Source: Elusimicrobiota bacterium (GTDB lineage: Bacteria > Elusimicrobiota > Elusimicrobia > UBA1565 > JACRDR01). From it: a DNA stretch of 64,000 nt. The stretch lies in the NCBI GenBank assembly GCA_041694815.1, contig JBGFSC010000033.1:32001-96000 (forward strand), given 5' to 3'. A model generated the notes under the pieces. The model ran no database searches, was not told the origin of the DNA, and saw only the letters and a program-made list of their open reading frames with translations. Each line of letters opens with the position of its first letter. Positions within the stretch are counted from its first letter, which is position 1. Below, piece by piece: positions 44,801 through 59,800 of this stretch. Both the position numbers and the translations under genes were made by a program.

Positions 44801-47800
44801 CTATTTGGTCCTGCCCTCCTCGGGCTTCGCCTACGGGAACCTGACGACGATCAGCGGCACCTCGGCCGACGCCGCGGGCGCCAATCCGAATAACCGCCGC
44901 TCGGACATGGACCGCGTCGAACTCCAGATCTTCGATCCCAAGAATAATTTCTGCTGGAGATCGGATAATTCCTGGGGCGGTTGTCCGAGCTGGGTGACGG
45001 CGGCCGGAACCGCGCCGTGGAGCTACTCGAACGCCAACCTGATCGCGCCGAACCTCGTCAGCGGAAATCAGTACATCATCACCGCCCGCGGCGTGGACAA
45101 GGTCGGCAATACCCAGGGCGTCTTCGCCGTGCCCGATTCGAGCCATACCGTGGCGATCGATACGGTGGCTCCCACGATCGGCCTCATCGTCCCCGCGGAC
45201 GGGCAGGCCTATGTCAGCGGGGCGTTGAACGGCGGCACGGCCTTAAGCGGCACCGCCGCCGACGCCCAGGCCGGGCTGCATCCGTCCGGAGACGCCCTGC
45301 AGAGCGTCGAGCTCGTGCTTTGGTATCTCCATGACTCGCCGACGCCGGGCACCAGCTATTACTTCACCGGGTCCATCGGCTCCAACGGCACCAAGTTCTC
45401 GTCCAACACGGTCGAGTCCTCCAACTGGAAGGTGGCCGCGAGCACCGCGAACTGGTCCTTGCAGTTCTTCGCCGCCGACTGGGTCTTGGATCGCCGCTAC
45501 TACATCAAGGCCCGCGCTACGGACAAGTCGCGCAATCCCAACGGGACGCTCAACGGCAATCAGACGAGCGTCTTCACCCAGGGCAAGAATCTCGTCAGCT
45601 TCGTCGTCGACGACATCGCGCCCGTCTCGCGCTCCACCTTCCCGGCTCCCAACAGCTACGTCCAGAACCTCAACTTCATCTCGGGCACCTCGAATGCGGA
45701 TCTGTCGGGCGCGAGCACCTATTATTTGCGCATTGTATACCTTGCCGCGGGCGACACGTATTATTGGAACGGCACGGGCTGGGGAGCGGCCAACGTGCAG
45801 ACCCAATTGCCGATCCAGATCCCGAACTCCACGGGCACGCTCCATTGGAGCTATCCGGTGAGCTGGCATACAAGTCCGGATATGACCGGCCGGCCGGATG
45901 GGACCATCTTCTTCGTCGCGATGCAGGCCAAGGACAAGGCCGGCAATCTGGAGACTCCGACCACGATCCAGGTCACCTTGCAGACGAACCCGCCGGCGGT
46001 CTCGATCTCGACGCCGATGGCGAGCATGCCGTATTACGGCGCCGCCCGGCCGCTCGATCCGCTGCGAGGCACCTCCGCGGACTCGATTTCCGGAGTCAAA
46101 GAGGTGCGCGTGCAGATCAGCAATCTCTCGGACGGCACCAAGTGGAACAATTCCTCATGGCAGGTGCTGGCCTCTTCCTTCAATATCGCCACCGGCACGA
46201 ATCCCTGGACATACGCGGCTCCGTCTTGGGTCAATAATAAGTCCTACCGCGTCGATGTGCAGGCCGACAATTTCGCCGGGGTCTCATCCAATCCCGCGGC
46301 CGGAGTGCTATTTACCTACGATGTCAACGCCCCCTCGAGCGCGATCCAGGTGCCTTCGCTGGCCTGGTATCCCCAAGGCCAGCCGAGCTCGTTGAGCGGC
46401 ACGGCGCAGGACTGGGTGCATTATCCTTCCACGCAGGCCAAATCGGGGCTGCAGCATGTCGAGATCGCCATCACGAACCAGGCCGGCGATTACTGGCAGG
46501 GAGGCTGCCCGGGAAGCTTCGCCGCCGGAGCGAGCTGGAGATGGGTGTCGACGACGACGGCCGATCCGGCGAGTTGGAGCTATCCGCCGTCGGTTCCGGC
46601 CGGAGATTGCATCCCGCCATGGCAGAACAATCAGCAATACACGGTGCAGGTGCGCGCCTACGATAACACGGGCAATCCGGAGAACACGCCGTATCAGACG
46701 CGAACCTTTCGCTACGACGCGTTCAAGCCGACGACGACGGTGACCGAGCCGGCCAACGCCTCCTACGTGCAGAGCATCTCGACCTTCAGCGGCTCCTACA
46801 CCGAAAACGAGTCGGGAGTGGCCAGCATCAAGATCGCGATCAAGAACCAGGCGAACAATTGTTGGGACGGCAGCGGCTTCGCCCTGGACTGCTCGGTGGC
46901 GCCGCCGGCCTCGGCCTGGTTCAACGCGGCGGTGCATACCTCGACCTGGTCGTACTACAGCCCCAATTTCGCCGCTTATTTCGCCGCCCTGAGCGTTCCC
47001 GTCCAGTTCTACGTCTACGCCGCGGGCCAGGACGTGGCCGGCAATCTCAACCGCTCGACGACGACGACGCTGACGAACGGCTCCGCCAACGTCAGCTTCT
47101 TCATCGACCATTTCCCGCCCGAGTCCAGGACCACGGCACCGGCCGCGGGCTACAGCCAGAATCTGGTCGCCTCCATCGCCGGGACAGCCAACGAACTCAA
47201 CCTCAGCAACGAGGCGGGATTATCGGGCACGACGGCGGTGGGCCTGCGCGTTTCGGCTACGGACGGCAACGGAACCATCCGCTATTGGGACGGCATAGAC
47301 TGGTCGCTGACGGATCAAGGCTTCAATGTCCCGATCGACGCGGGCTACAGCGGCGGCACCCCCGGGGGCACCCAGATGTCGTGGAGCCACAACGCGACGT
47401 ATCTGCCCGTATCCCAGTTCCGGGAAGGCCTGAGCTATAGGATCTCCTCGAGGGCCCGCGACCTGAGCCTGCCGCCCAACTATGAGGGGACGAGCATCAC
47501 CACGATCACATTCCTCATCGACCGCTCAACGCCGACGGCGGCCTTCCTCGTGCCGATTTCGACCAACATCGGGCAGCCGGTCTACATCAGCACCAGCAAT
47601 TTCAGCCTGTCCTCGGGTACGCTGGCCGACCCGAACTTCACGCTCGGCGCCCCCTTCAACGCCCCGAGCGTGCCCTCGGGCATCTCGGCTGTCGACTTCC
47701 AGATCGAGGATGTCTCGGCGTCGATCCCCGACTGCACCGGGGCCTGCAAATGGTGGAACCCGAATACGCCGGGCTGGCAATCTACCGAGTTCAGCTCTTC

Positions 47801-50800
47801 GGCGGCGCTATACCAGAGCTCCTGGACCTTCGCCTCCATGCCGGACTGGACCCGCGGTTTCAGCAACGCCGATGGGCGGCAATACGCGCTGCGCACCCGC
47901 GCGCGCGACCGCGCGGGCAACCAGGGGGCCTTCCCCAACACGCTGACTTCCGTGGTCAAGGTGGTATTCGATCCCACGCGGCCGGCCTCCGGCATTACGA
48001 GCCCGGCCGACGGCTCGATCGCCAATAGTCTCGATTCGATCAGCGGTACGAGCTCCGATCCGCTGGTCAACGGCAGTTCTTCCGGGGTCAAGGCGGCACA
48101 CCTCAGCATCCAGAGCGATCCGGCCAACACGCAGAATCCGGGCCTGTTCTGGAACTCCGCGGGCAATAATTGGGTCAGCGCTCGGGTATGGAACGCGACG
48201 ACGTTGAGCGGTACGAATTGGACTTATACTTCCGCCGCCCTGACCTCCAATCTCAAGGTTGACGATTTCTATATCCTCATCTCCAGCGTCGTCGATAACG
48301 CCGGCAACCAGCAGAATTCCTTGCCGGTCTCCGGGTCGCCGGGATATAGCCGCGTGCGCTACCAGCCCCCGCCCGCCGCGACCACCGTTTCCGTCCCGCA
48401 GAGCCTAGGCTATTACAACAAATTGAGCCTGTTTCAAGGCACGGCCAACGGGAATACGGTCAAAAATGAGCTGCAGCTTATCCGCAAGGACACCGGCCGC
48501 TGCTGGGGAGACAGCCTGGGCTGGGTCGACTGCGCGGTCGACGTGGCTACGGCCACCCGGGTCGTATTCCCGTCGGGCGGCAATTGGAGTTATCCGCCCG
48601 GCGTCGAGAGCATGCCCAACTGGGCCGCGCTCAATAACTCGAGCTTCACCTTCCGGGAGCGGGGGCTCAACAGCGCCGGGATTCCCGAGGCATGGCAGCA
48701 GGTGGAATTCTTCATCGATATGTCCTCGCCCGTGTCCTCGGTGGCTTTACCGGCCAACAATTCCTTCGTCAACGGCAACCCGGTATTGGGCGGCTCTGTC
48801 TCCGACCCCGTCCTCAACGGGGTCGCGGCAGGCATCCTCAACCCCAACGGCGTCAAGCTCCGCCTCAAGCGCACCGACAACAACTACTACTGGGACGCCG
48901 CGGTCAGCACCTGGGTGGCTCCCGTCACCGCCTCGACGGCCGCCTACTGGATCGCGGGGGCCTCATGGACCTTCGCCTCGAGCAGCCCGACGTTGACCTG
49001 GATGAACGGGTTGAGCTATACGCTCGACGTCTTCGGCGTCGACAAGGCGATCGGGGGCGCGCAGGGCAATACCGAGGTCCCGGCACCGGCCATCTCGTTT
49101 ACCTACGACGTCGTGCCGCCGCAGGTCGGCGTCGCGCGTCCGGGCGCTGTCAAGGAGCGCGACCTGGCGGTGCTGACCGGCACGGCCTCCGACGCCGCGC
49201 CGGGGCTCTTGCAGCGGGTGCAGGTGCGGGTGCAGCAGCAGAACGGCTCGGCCTACTGGCACCCGACGGACCATACCTTCACCGAGCCGAACGGGGAATT
49301 GGCGTGGTTTACCGCCACCTCCAGCAACAGCTGGGCGGATTGGCATGTTTCTTCGAGCAGCATTCTGACCTTCGTCGACGGGTCCACCTACACGATCATC
49401 GCGCGCTCGCAGGATCGCGCAGGCAATTACGCCGCCGTCTACGACAGCAACACCGTGGTCTACGACAGCCTGCCTCCGATTTCCGGCATACTGACCCCGG
49501 CCAACAACTCCTTCGTCAATACCCTGCCGAAGATCGAAGGCACCGTCTCGGATTATCCCGCCGTCAATCCGGGGCTTATTCAGGTGATGAAGGTACGGCT
49601 CCGGCGCCTTTCCGACGGCACCTATTGGAACGGCAGCGACTTCATCGTCGCCATCTCCACCCTGAGCTCAGCCTCGGCGCAGGTCTCGATCTGGCCCTCC
49701 AGCTGGTCGGTGGTGACATCTTGGATCCCGACCGCCGCGAAGCTGAACTCGGGAACCTCCTACTACATCAGCTCCGCCGGCACCGACGACTCCGGCGACG
49801 GTAATATCGAGGCCTGGGGCAACCCGCAGTCTTCCATCTTTACCTACGGCAACTCCCCCGCGACGACGACGATCTCGGTGCCGGTCTCCGGCAGAATCTA
49901 TGGCGCATTGACGAGCTTCTCGGGTGCTGGCTTCAGCGACGTGGGGCTTTCCACCGTCACCTTGATGCTCAAGGATAACACCAACGGCAAATGCTACTCG
50001 GAGATCACGAGCACCTTTACGGCGGTCTGCCCCAGCGTCTTCTCGGCCCAGGGCTCGACATCCGCGTGGACCTATCTCTTGAACTCGCCGCCGTGGAGCC
50101 ACGCGCACAGCTATGTACTGTCCTCCTCGGCCACCGATCGCGCCGGCAACACGCAATTGGCCCTGAGCTCCGCGCCGTTTACCTTCGACCTCAGGGCCGC
50201 AACCGCCGCGATCACCCAGCCCTCCGGGCAGTACCTCAACCTCGCGCAGTCGTCGATGCTGCAAGGCACGGCCACCGACTCGCCGGCCGGAGTCGCCGAG
50301 TTCAGGATCGCGCTGTCCTCCGCCAACGGCGCTCTGGGCTCCTGGTACAATGGGGTGAGCTTCAACGGGGACTCGGCGGCATCGACGTACCAATCCGCCA
50401 GCCTCTACACCCCGGGCTCACCCGACAATTGGCAGCGCACGCTCTCCGGAATGACCGACGGCGGAAGCTATCTCGTCAACGTCCGGCTGCGCGACGGAGC
50501 CACCCCGTACAACCAAAGCATCACCACCTTTACCTTCGTCTACGACGTCACGCCGCCCACGGCCACGATCACCAGTCCCCCGCACGATTCCTACCAGAAG
50601 CTGGGATTTACGACGATCGCCGGCGGCTCCGCCGATCCGGTCGGCCCCGGAGGCTCGGCCTCCAATGTCTCGACGATTTCCGTCTCGATACAGCAGATGG
50701 GTGGGAACTGCTACGTCATGGGCGGCGGATTTACGGCCGGCTGCCCGAACTGGATCGCCGCCTCCGGAAGCCCCGGGAGCTGGACCTTCACGCCGAACCC

Positions 50801-53800
50801 GACGCCCTTTTCCGACGGGGTCCGCTATATCGTGAACGCGCGGGCGACCGACAATGCCGGCAACCCGCAGACCGCCTTCGCGGTAGGGACTAGCTCCAAC
50901 ACCTTCACCTATGATCTGGCGATTCCCGTGGTCGGCTTCACCGTTCCTGGAACCTCCGGCCGGGAGAAGGATTTCAGCATATTCCGGGGAACGGCCTCGG
51001 TCGCCTCTCCGGCCGTGCTTGCGGCGGCCCAATTCCGGGTCCTCAGGCTCAGCGGGGTGCAGCAATACATGGACCCGGGCAACCCTCCGAGCTACGGCTT
51101 CAACTTGGACCCCGGCACCCAATCGGAAATTGCCTGGTTCAACGCGCAATCGACCTCGTCGGTGAAGTGGACCGAATGGTTCCTGTCGAGCGGCAGCTCC
51201 TTCGCCAGCGGGCAGACCTACCGCTTCGAAACCCGGGCGCAGACTTCCGCCGGCAATTACTCGAACAACTACTCGAGCGTCACGGTGGTTTATGACACCG
51301 ATCCGCCATTCACCAACGTGCAGACCCCGGTGCATCTGAGCACCGTCTCCTCGCTGGGCTTCATCTGGGGCACGGCCTACGACCAGCCGGTCAATCCGCT
51401 GAGCTCGGGCACGATCTCGACCATGCGTGTGTACCTGCGCCGCGCCTCCGATGGAGCCTATTGGGACGGAGGGGCCTGGAACGGCAATCCGTCCATCCTT
51501 TCCGCGGCGCATCAGGTCAAGATTTGGCGCTCGAGTTGGACGATGGGCGCGAACCTGCCGAACAATTCGCAGCTCGTCTCGGGTGCTTCGTACTACATTA
51601 CGACCTCGGGCATCGACAACGCCCTGCCCGGAGGCAACACCGAGAACTTCTTCCAGCCGCCGAAATCCTCGACCTTTACGGTAGACTTGGATGTTCCCGG
51701 CTCCAGCGTCACCTCGATCACCAACGGCCAGGTGTTGAGCTCGCTGTCTTCGATCTCCGGGACGGCCGAGGACCTGCTGGCCGGCATCTCGGGCGCGAGC
51801 CAGATCGCGGTCAAAATGGAGGAAATCTCTCCCAACAACGGCTGCTGGAACGGCGCCATTGTCGGCGGGACCTTTACCGCGGCCAGCTGTCCCGCGGCCT
51901 TCTACGCGATTACAAGCGGCGACATCGGCGGGACCTACTCGCCGGTCTCGAAGTTCTGGAGCATGAGCGCGCCGCCATTGGCCAACCAGATGACCTACCG
52001 CATCTCGGTGCGGGCCACCGACAACGCCACGCCCACGGGAAACACACCATCCGGAGCGGCTATCTCCTCGATCACCTTCACCTACAACACCAGCCTGCCG
52101 CAGACCGGCGTCTCCTTCCCGCCCACATTGCCGGCGGCCGGCGGGAACCTGAGCGCCGCCTTCACGATCACGGGCACGGCCTCCGATCCCTTCGGCGTGG
52201 TGGCCGCCTCCTTCAGTATCCAGGAGGTCGACACCTCGATGTATTATGACGCAGCCACCTCGACTTTCTCCTCCGTCGCCCAGAAATGGCTGGCGGTCGG
52301 CGCCTTGGGCGGCACGAACCCCAATCGGAGCTTCAGCGTCGCGGCCCCGGCGATCGCCGCTACTTCCGGGCGCAACTACAATATCCAGTCCAAGGCGATC
52401 AACACGGCGGGCACCGAGGGCACCGGCGCCATCGTCTCGATCAAGTACGACACCACCAAGCCGGCGGCCACGGCTGCGACCCCGCCCAACGGCGGCTATA
52501 TCAATTTCTTGAGCTCCGTCACCGGCTCTTCCTCCGACCCCGGCGCGCTCAACTCCGGCGTGGCCGGCAATCAGGTGCAGATCCAGCGCGACGACGGCAG
52601 CTGCTGGAGCGGCGCGGTCTGGGGGGCCTGTGGGACAACCTGGCTGACGGCCAACGCCGGAACGCCCGCCGCCTGGCGATTGACGACCCAATTGCCGCCT
52701 TCCAACAACCAGAACAGCGGCCTCGAGGACGGGCGTCAGTACACCGTGAGCGCGCGGGCCTTCGACGTGGCGGGCAACACCCAGACGGCCACGACGAGCA
52801 ACTCCTTCCGCTTCGATGTTTCCTCGCCCACCTTGAGCATCCAAGTCCCCGCCAATGGGCAATGGTATAACGGGCTCGCCCAGATCTCGGGCCAGTCCCA
52901 GGATAACTTCAATATCCGTTTCCCCGAGGTGCGCATTTACGACATCGCGCTGGGCAAATACTGGAAAGACGGGACCGGCTGGGTCGATTCGGGTTTCGGC
53001 TATCCGGAGATATGGAACCTCTCCATCGATTCGACGAGCACCAACGGCGTGCTCAATTGGCGCTACGACGCTTCGGCCATCGGCTGGTTCAACGGAGCCA
53101 ACCGCTTCCGCGTCGACGTGAAGTCCTTCGACGCGGCGGGCAATTTCACCCTGGCGCAGTCGACCTTCAGCTACAATGTCCTTCCGCCGTACGCCAGCAT
53201 CAGCTATCCGCAGCCGGGGCTGACCTTCTCGTCGATGACGGCCCTCTCGGGCATCTCCACGGGCACCGTAGCCGACATCCAGAGCGTCGGCATCAAGATA
53301 TCCTATTTCAGCGGCGGAACGACCTATTACTACACGGCCGGCGTGCCGCACTGGAACACGACCGATCCGGGGTATTTGGCCATCACCGGCTCGGGCGGGC
53401 CTCCGGCCACCAACAATCCCTGGAGTTACACGAACCCCCAGGCGGTGGACTTCAATAATCCCACCAGCGGCAATTACGCCTGGAGGCAGGGCACGCACAA
53501 CGGCTCCAACGGGCATCTCTTCACGATCTCGGTGCGTGCCACCGACGTCTCGGGGCTCTCGCAGGTCGGCGTGACGACGACGAGCTTCCGCTTCGACAAC
53601 GTGCCGCCCACGACGATGCCGATACAGCCGAGCACCAACTCGGCCTTCACGATCAATGCCCTAAACGTCATCAAGGGCACCACTTTCGACGATGTCGCGG
53701 GAGTGCAGTCGGCCGCGGTGTCGATCTTGGGGCAGGATGAGCCGGGCGGGGCCAAATACTTCGACGGCACGGGCTTCAACTCGGCGGGGCAGCTCTGGCT

Positions 53801-56800
53801 GGCGATCACTCCGGCCAACCTCTACCCCTCGTCCTTCAGCTACAGCAACGCCAGCCTCAATTGGATCGACGGGCGCCATTACGTCGTCAGCTCCACTGCC
53901 ACCGACAAGATCGGCAATATACAGTCGGCGGTGGCCTCCGCGCGCGTGCTCATCGACACGACGCCGGCCGTCTCCTCCGTGCTCAACCCCGGCAACGCGG
54001 TCACCAGGCCCAACACGCTAATTCTCTCGGGTAACTCGTCGGATCCCGGCTTCTCCTCGGGCCAGGCCACCGACATCGAGGGCACGGGCTCGGGCGTGGT
54101 GCCGCGCTTCCCTTGGGCGGCGGGAAAGGTCGAGCTGTTGGTGTTTCGAGACACCGGCACGGCGCTTTCGGGTCCCGGGCCGGTCAATTTTGGCGGCTGG
54201 GATTCCGACGGCTTCTTCTGGAACGGCTCCACCTGGGTGGCGGCCTCGGCGGGGCAGACCTGGGTGCAGGCCGCTTTCAACGGCGACACCGGGGCCTGGG
54301 AGTACAACGGCCTCGTCTGCGTCTCGACGAGCATCCCCTGCTGGGTCAACGGACAGCAATACGTAGCCTGGGTGCGGGCGAGCGACAACGCCGGCAATCT
54401 GCAGTCGGCCATCTCGGCCGGACCCCTGTTCTTCATCTCGGCCGACGCCAAGAGCTTTGACATGAGCGTTTCGGTCAATCCGATGAACGCCGGGGCGGAC
54501 GTGACGCTGACCGTTACGGCCAAGGACGACATCAACGGCGGCGGCGGGATCGCCCGCGGCTATCAGGGCACGGTCAATTTCTCGATCGACTCCGGCGCTG
54601 GGCCGGAGACGATGGACAACGACGACACCCCTGACGACAATTTCGGCCTGCCCAAGTCCTACGCCTTCACGATCGGGGCGGGAGCCGACAACGGCACCCA
54701 TAATTTCACGATCCGCCTGCGCAAGGCGGGCGCCAGGATCATCCGCGTCCAGGACTCGGTCAACTCCGGCATCTTCGGCGACGAGCCGGTCACCGTCAAT
54801 CCGATCGCCGCCGAACGGGTCCAGCTCATCGCCGACAATCCCACCGGCCAGCAGCACAGCCCCGGAAAGACCTCCTCGCCGCAGGGCCGCACGGGTAGCC
54901 CAGCGACCAAGACCGCCGGAAATAGCGTGTCCTATCTCGTGCAGGTAGTCGACCGTTACTGGAACCTGATCGTCTCCTCGGCGGCCTCGGTCACGATCTC
55001 CGACAGCGACCCTTACAACGACGCGCTCAGCCCAGACGCGACGCTGAACTTCGTAGGCTCTACGACCTTCAACCGCACCTTCGTGACCGCCTCGCCCTCG
55101 GGGCATGTAGTGCAGGCGACCGGGCAGGGGGCCTACCCCAACAACTCCAACCCGGCCACCGCGGTGCCCGTCCAAGGCAAGGTGCGCGACCGCCTGCTGG
55201 CCCTCTGGCCCGGCGAGACCCGCGAGCAGGGCAAGTACACGGCCGCGCCTTACGGCAAATCAGGGACGGTTGAGGATCTGTTGGCCGGCACCACTTTCGC
55301 CCTGCGCGTATACGCCGTCGACGAGTATTACAACACCGACCTAGGAGCCGGCGACTCGATCACCGCGAGCCTACCCACCGATCCCAACGCGGCCGCTCTC
55401 ACGCAGGCCTTCGTCTCCGGCACGACCACCTTCGCGCTCAAGCCCATCATGGCCGGCTCCGACACGGCCAAGGTCAACACCTTGGCGGCGCTCGCCAACG
55501 CGACCTATTACTTCACGCCGAATCAGGCGACGGTCTGGTGGAACCTTCCGGTGAAGCTGCAACTCATCGCCGAGGGCCAGGCCGCAGGCCCCGGCCTGGC
55601 GCCTTATGACGCCGATCCTACGACCGGCGGTCGTTCGGACCCGACCCCCGCGGTCCTGACGGCCGGCGTGACTACGCAGATTACAGTCAATCTGGTCGAT
55701 ACCTATTTCAACGTAGTCAAGGGAACGCATCCCTTCATCCCGCAGACTTCTAGCGTGACCATGCCCCTGGCACAGCTCGAATTCATCAACGACCCCTATA
55801 TCGTGCCGCGTTTCGCTCCGCTCACGCAAAAGAGCCTGGTCAAGGGCACGACCACCTTCTCCTTCATCCCGGCCAAGCGTAGCGGATCCCTCGGCTTACG
55901 CATCCGCGACACTCAGGCGACCGGCACCAGCTACAGCACCGATACGGTGAGCAATATTACCGTCAACCCCGGCGTGGCGGTGGGCTTGCAGGTATTGGTC
56001 TCGAGCAGTCCCGCGCCCAACACGCCCGGCGAGGTGGCCCAGGAGGGCAGCGTCGCGGGCAAGACCGGCTCGCCCGGCCCCCTGATCGCGGGAGACACCT
56101 ACTATATCGTCGTCAACGCCGTCGACGCGCTCAACAACCGCGTTAATGACGGCAGCGCGGACCGGCTCGTGAACCTGCTGTCCAATGACCCGTGGGCGAA
56201 CTGGACAGGGCCCTTGAACCTCGCGCTTGGCCAGGTGACCTTCACCGATTTCGTGCCCAGCGCCTCGACGGGGAACCTGACCGTCTCCGCCATCGACGCC
56301 TCGGCCTTCAATCCCAAGCTCTCGACCCAGACCAGCTCCAATATCACGGTCAATCCGGGCAGCCCCAAGCGCCTGCTCATCGTGATGCCGGGCGAGACGC
56401 TTCAGGGAGGAAAGACCACGCCGCCGGTGGGCGTCACCGGCAGCCCGGCCGATCAACTGGCCGGAGAGGCCTTTACCGCCAGCGTCTACGCTACGGATGA
56501 TCGCTACAACCGGGTCACCGGCGTGGCCAAGCCCTCGATCAACATCACCTCCAACGACTCGCATGCCGCGACCATCGGGAGCTATTCCATGTCCAACGGC
56601 AGCGCGGCCATCACCGGTATCACCTTGCGCACCGCCGGCGCCAGGACCTTGACGGCCACCGACGGGGGTGGCGGCGGCCCGGCTCTCAGCACCGTCGTCT
56701 CGAGCTCCTTCACCTTGACGCCGCGCCCGGCGACCCGCCTACGCGTGATCTTGCCCAGCGAGAGCCGCGACCCCGGTTCGACGACGAACGGGCGCACGGG

Positions 56801-59800
56801 CTCGAGCTACAGCCTGACGGCCGGTTCGACATTGACCGTTACCGTCGACTTGACCGATTCGCTCTGGAATCTGACTCCCGGTACCTCTCAAGAAATACGG
56901 CTCACCTGCGACGATCCCTTCGCCTCGATCACGCCCTCGACGGCGGTAGTGGTCAGCTCCAAGACCTTCCAGGTCAATGTCAAGCGTGCGGGGACCACCC
57001 ACGTGACGGCGCAGCTGCTCGTCGGCCCGCCGCCGGCCTGGGGACCGAATTTGGCCAGCGACACCTCGACCGACATCAACGTCTCCCCGGGAACGCCCTC
57101 GAGGCTGCTGGTGCTCTTGCCCGGAGAAAGCTTCGACCAAGGCTCACCCACCGGTAAGGTCAACACCCCGTCGGCGCAGACCGCCGGCACGCAGTTCAAC
57201 GTCGTGGTGGGCGTAATCGACGAATATAAGAACCTGGTGACTGGGCGCGCCGCGGACGTGCAGATCGTTCCAGGGCTCGACCCGTACGCTGCGGCAGTGG
57301 CCACCAAGGCCATCAATACCAGCGTGGGCTACACTCCCTCGATGCCGGTGACGCTCAAATACGCGACGACGGGCCAATACTTCACCGCCACGGACGTGAC
57401 GCCGCCCTCAGGTTCGGGACTGAGTTCCGACCCGCAGTCCTCTACGTTCACCGTCAACGCGGCGCTGCCCGTCGGCCTGCAGGTGCTCATGCCGGGACAG
57501 ACCGCCGTGCCCGGCAGCGGCAATTATCCCAACGGGGGCCGGACGGGCAGCGTCTCGACGCCGACGGCCGGCGTTTCCTTCAACGTGACGGTGAACCTCG
57601 TCGACCCCTACATGAACGTCTACAAGGGCGCGGGTACATTCCCCAACGTTTATCTTAATTCCGACGACGTCAACGCGGTCAACTCCTCGACGATGTCCTT
57701 GTCCAACGGCAGCGTGAACGTGCCGATGACGCTGGTGACCAAACGCAACAACACGACGATACGGGCCTACCCGCGCGACCAGGCGGCCGACAAGGTCTGC
57801 ACGGGCAACGCCAGCCCTTACATTTGTCGAAATGATTCGCCCGCGGCCGTAACGCCGGCCTTTAAGGTTTACGCCGCGACGGCTACCCAGTTCCAGGTCC
57901 TATTGCCCGGTGAGACCCCGGTGCCGGGACAATGCAACGTGCAGCCCAGCGTGGTCTGTCGAACACTCACGGGCTCGCAGCGGCCCGGAAAGAACGGCCT
58001 GCCCAACTCCCAGGTCGTTCCGACTGGATTCAACGTGACGGTCAACCTGGTTGACGATTACTTCAACTTGTGCACGAACCTGACGGGCAACGGACAGGAC
58101 ACCAATCCCCCAGTGGCGACTATGCCGATCGTCCAGGTGCGCTCGCCCTCCGACTCGGCGATGGTCTCGGTCCCCTCCGGCGGGCAGCAGCTGGAGTTCG
58201 GCACTTGGGACTTTAGCGTCACCCCCTTCGCCGCCCTTTCGACCTATACCATCGTCGCCTCGACGACGGCCTCCTCGGCCATGTCCATCTCCTCGGCGAG
58301 CTCCGCGGAGGTCTGGACGTTGCCGGGCGTCGCGCATCACTTGCACTGGGCCAATATGCCATCGGTCGTGACAGCGGGCTCGTTGTTCTCCGGAGACATC
58401 ATCGCGCATGACCAGTTCCATAACCGGCTCTCCACCGGCCCCAACGTCTATAAGGACACGGTTACGGTGACGGGGCCGAACAACCCAGCGCCGCAGAACA
58501 TTAACCCGATCACCGTCCTCTTCGGTACGGGGGACCAGGGCCTGCGCACGATCAATAATCTGACACTCAAGAAGGCGGGTACGAACCAATCCCTGGTCGG
58601 CACGCAGAACACCAACAACCTCATCCACACCGCGGTCGCGAGTTTCTCGGACCCGATCCCGGCGATCACGGTCAACGCCGGCCCCGCCTCGGCGATTACC
58701 GTCGATCCCCCGGCCAACCAGGTGGTCAACGTGCGCGCGGGCTCGTTTAGCTCGCCGGGATTTAAGACCTTCACGGCGCAGATCTCCGACAGTTTCGGCA
58801 ATGCCGTTCAGGCGGCCACCACGGCGTACCTGCAGCTTGTCAGCGTCGTGGGAACGCCGGGAACGATCAGGTATTCCAGCAATACCTGGATCAACATGGG
58901 AGTATCGACCACCGTCGTCTCCGACAACAAGGGGCGCATCGGTAAGAACACCGACTCCGACAATACGAATATGCCCTTGGCCCTGTTCGTTTCGCCGACG
59001 GTGCCCGACTCGACGAGGATCTGGATCGGAACCATGACATTCCCGGGCGGCGACCTGACCCCCTACATCAATACCCGTATCAATATCTCGGGGACCTTCG
59101 CGACCATCGGCGGCGACCCCAGGACCCTCGTGTTCGTTTCGAGCCCGACCTCACCGGTGCTCGTCGACGAGGTGCCCGCCTCCGGCGCCGACTTCATCAT
59201 CGAGCGCCGAGACGATTTCGGCAACGCCACCGACAGCGGGCAGACCGATGTTACCTTGAACCTGCCCGCGGCCCAGGTACAGGCACACACAGCGGCGGGA
59301 TTTACCGCGGGCGTCTCCTTCACGATCCAGGGCGATTACGGCTTCATGGATACCGGCAACAACTATATCCCGAGCCTTTCCTTCCTGGAGGGCATCAAGC
59401 AGGTGAGTTTCCGCTACCGCGACAAGATGTCCTCGTACGCGGGGCCGAGCGTCTCCTCGAACACCGGCTTCGGCGGACGTCCCGGCGCCTGGACGCTCGA
59501 GATCGTGCCGACCTCCATCGGCGTATCATCGATCAGCTTCAATCTGCAGATGGAGCCAAAGGATCCCTTCCAACTGGGCTTCGGCAATCCCAAGCGCACG
59601 CTGCAGGCTGGCAAACCGAGAGACGCCGGCAACAAGCTGCACTCCTTCCAGGCGCAGATCCATGACCGTTTCAGGAACCCGCGCGTGCCGGTCACCCCGA
59701 TCAACGTGTTCGTGTCCACCGTGACGCGCACGCCCTCGAAGTTCGCCGACTCCTTCTCCTTCTCCCTCTCGAGCACGCTGGCGGCCGGCTCTCCCCCGGC

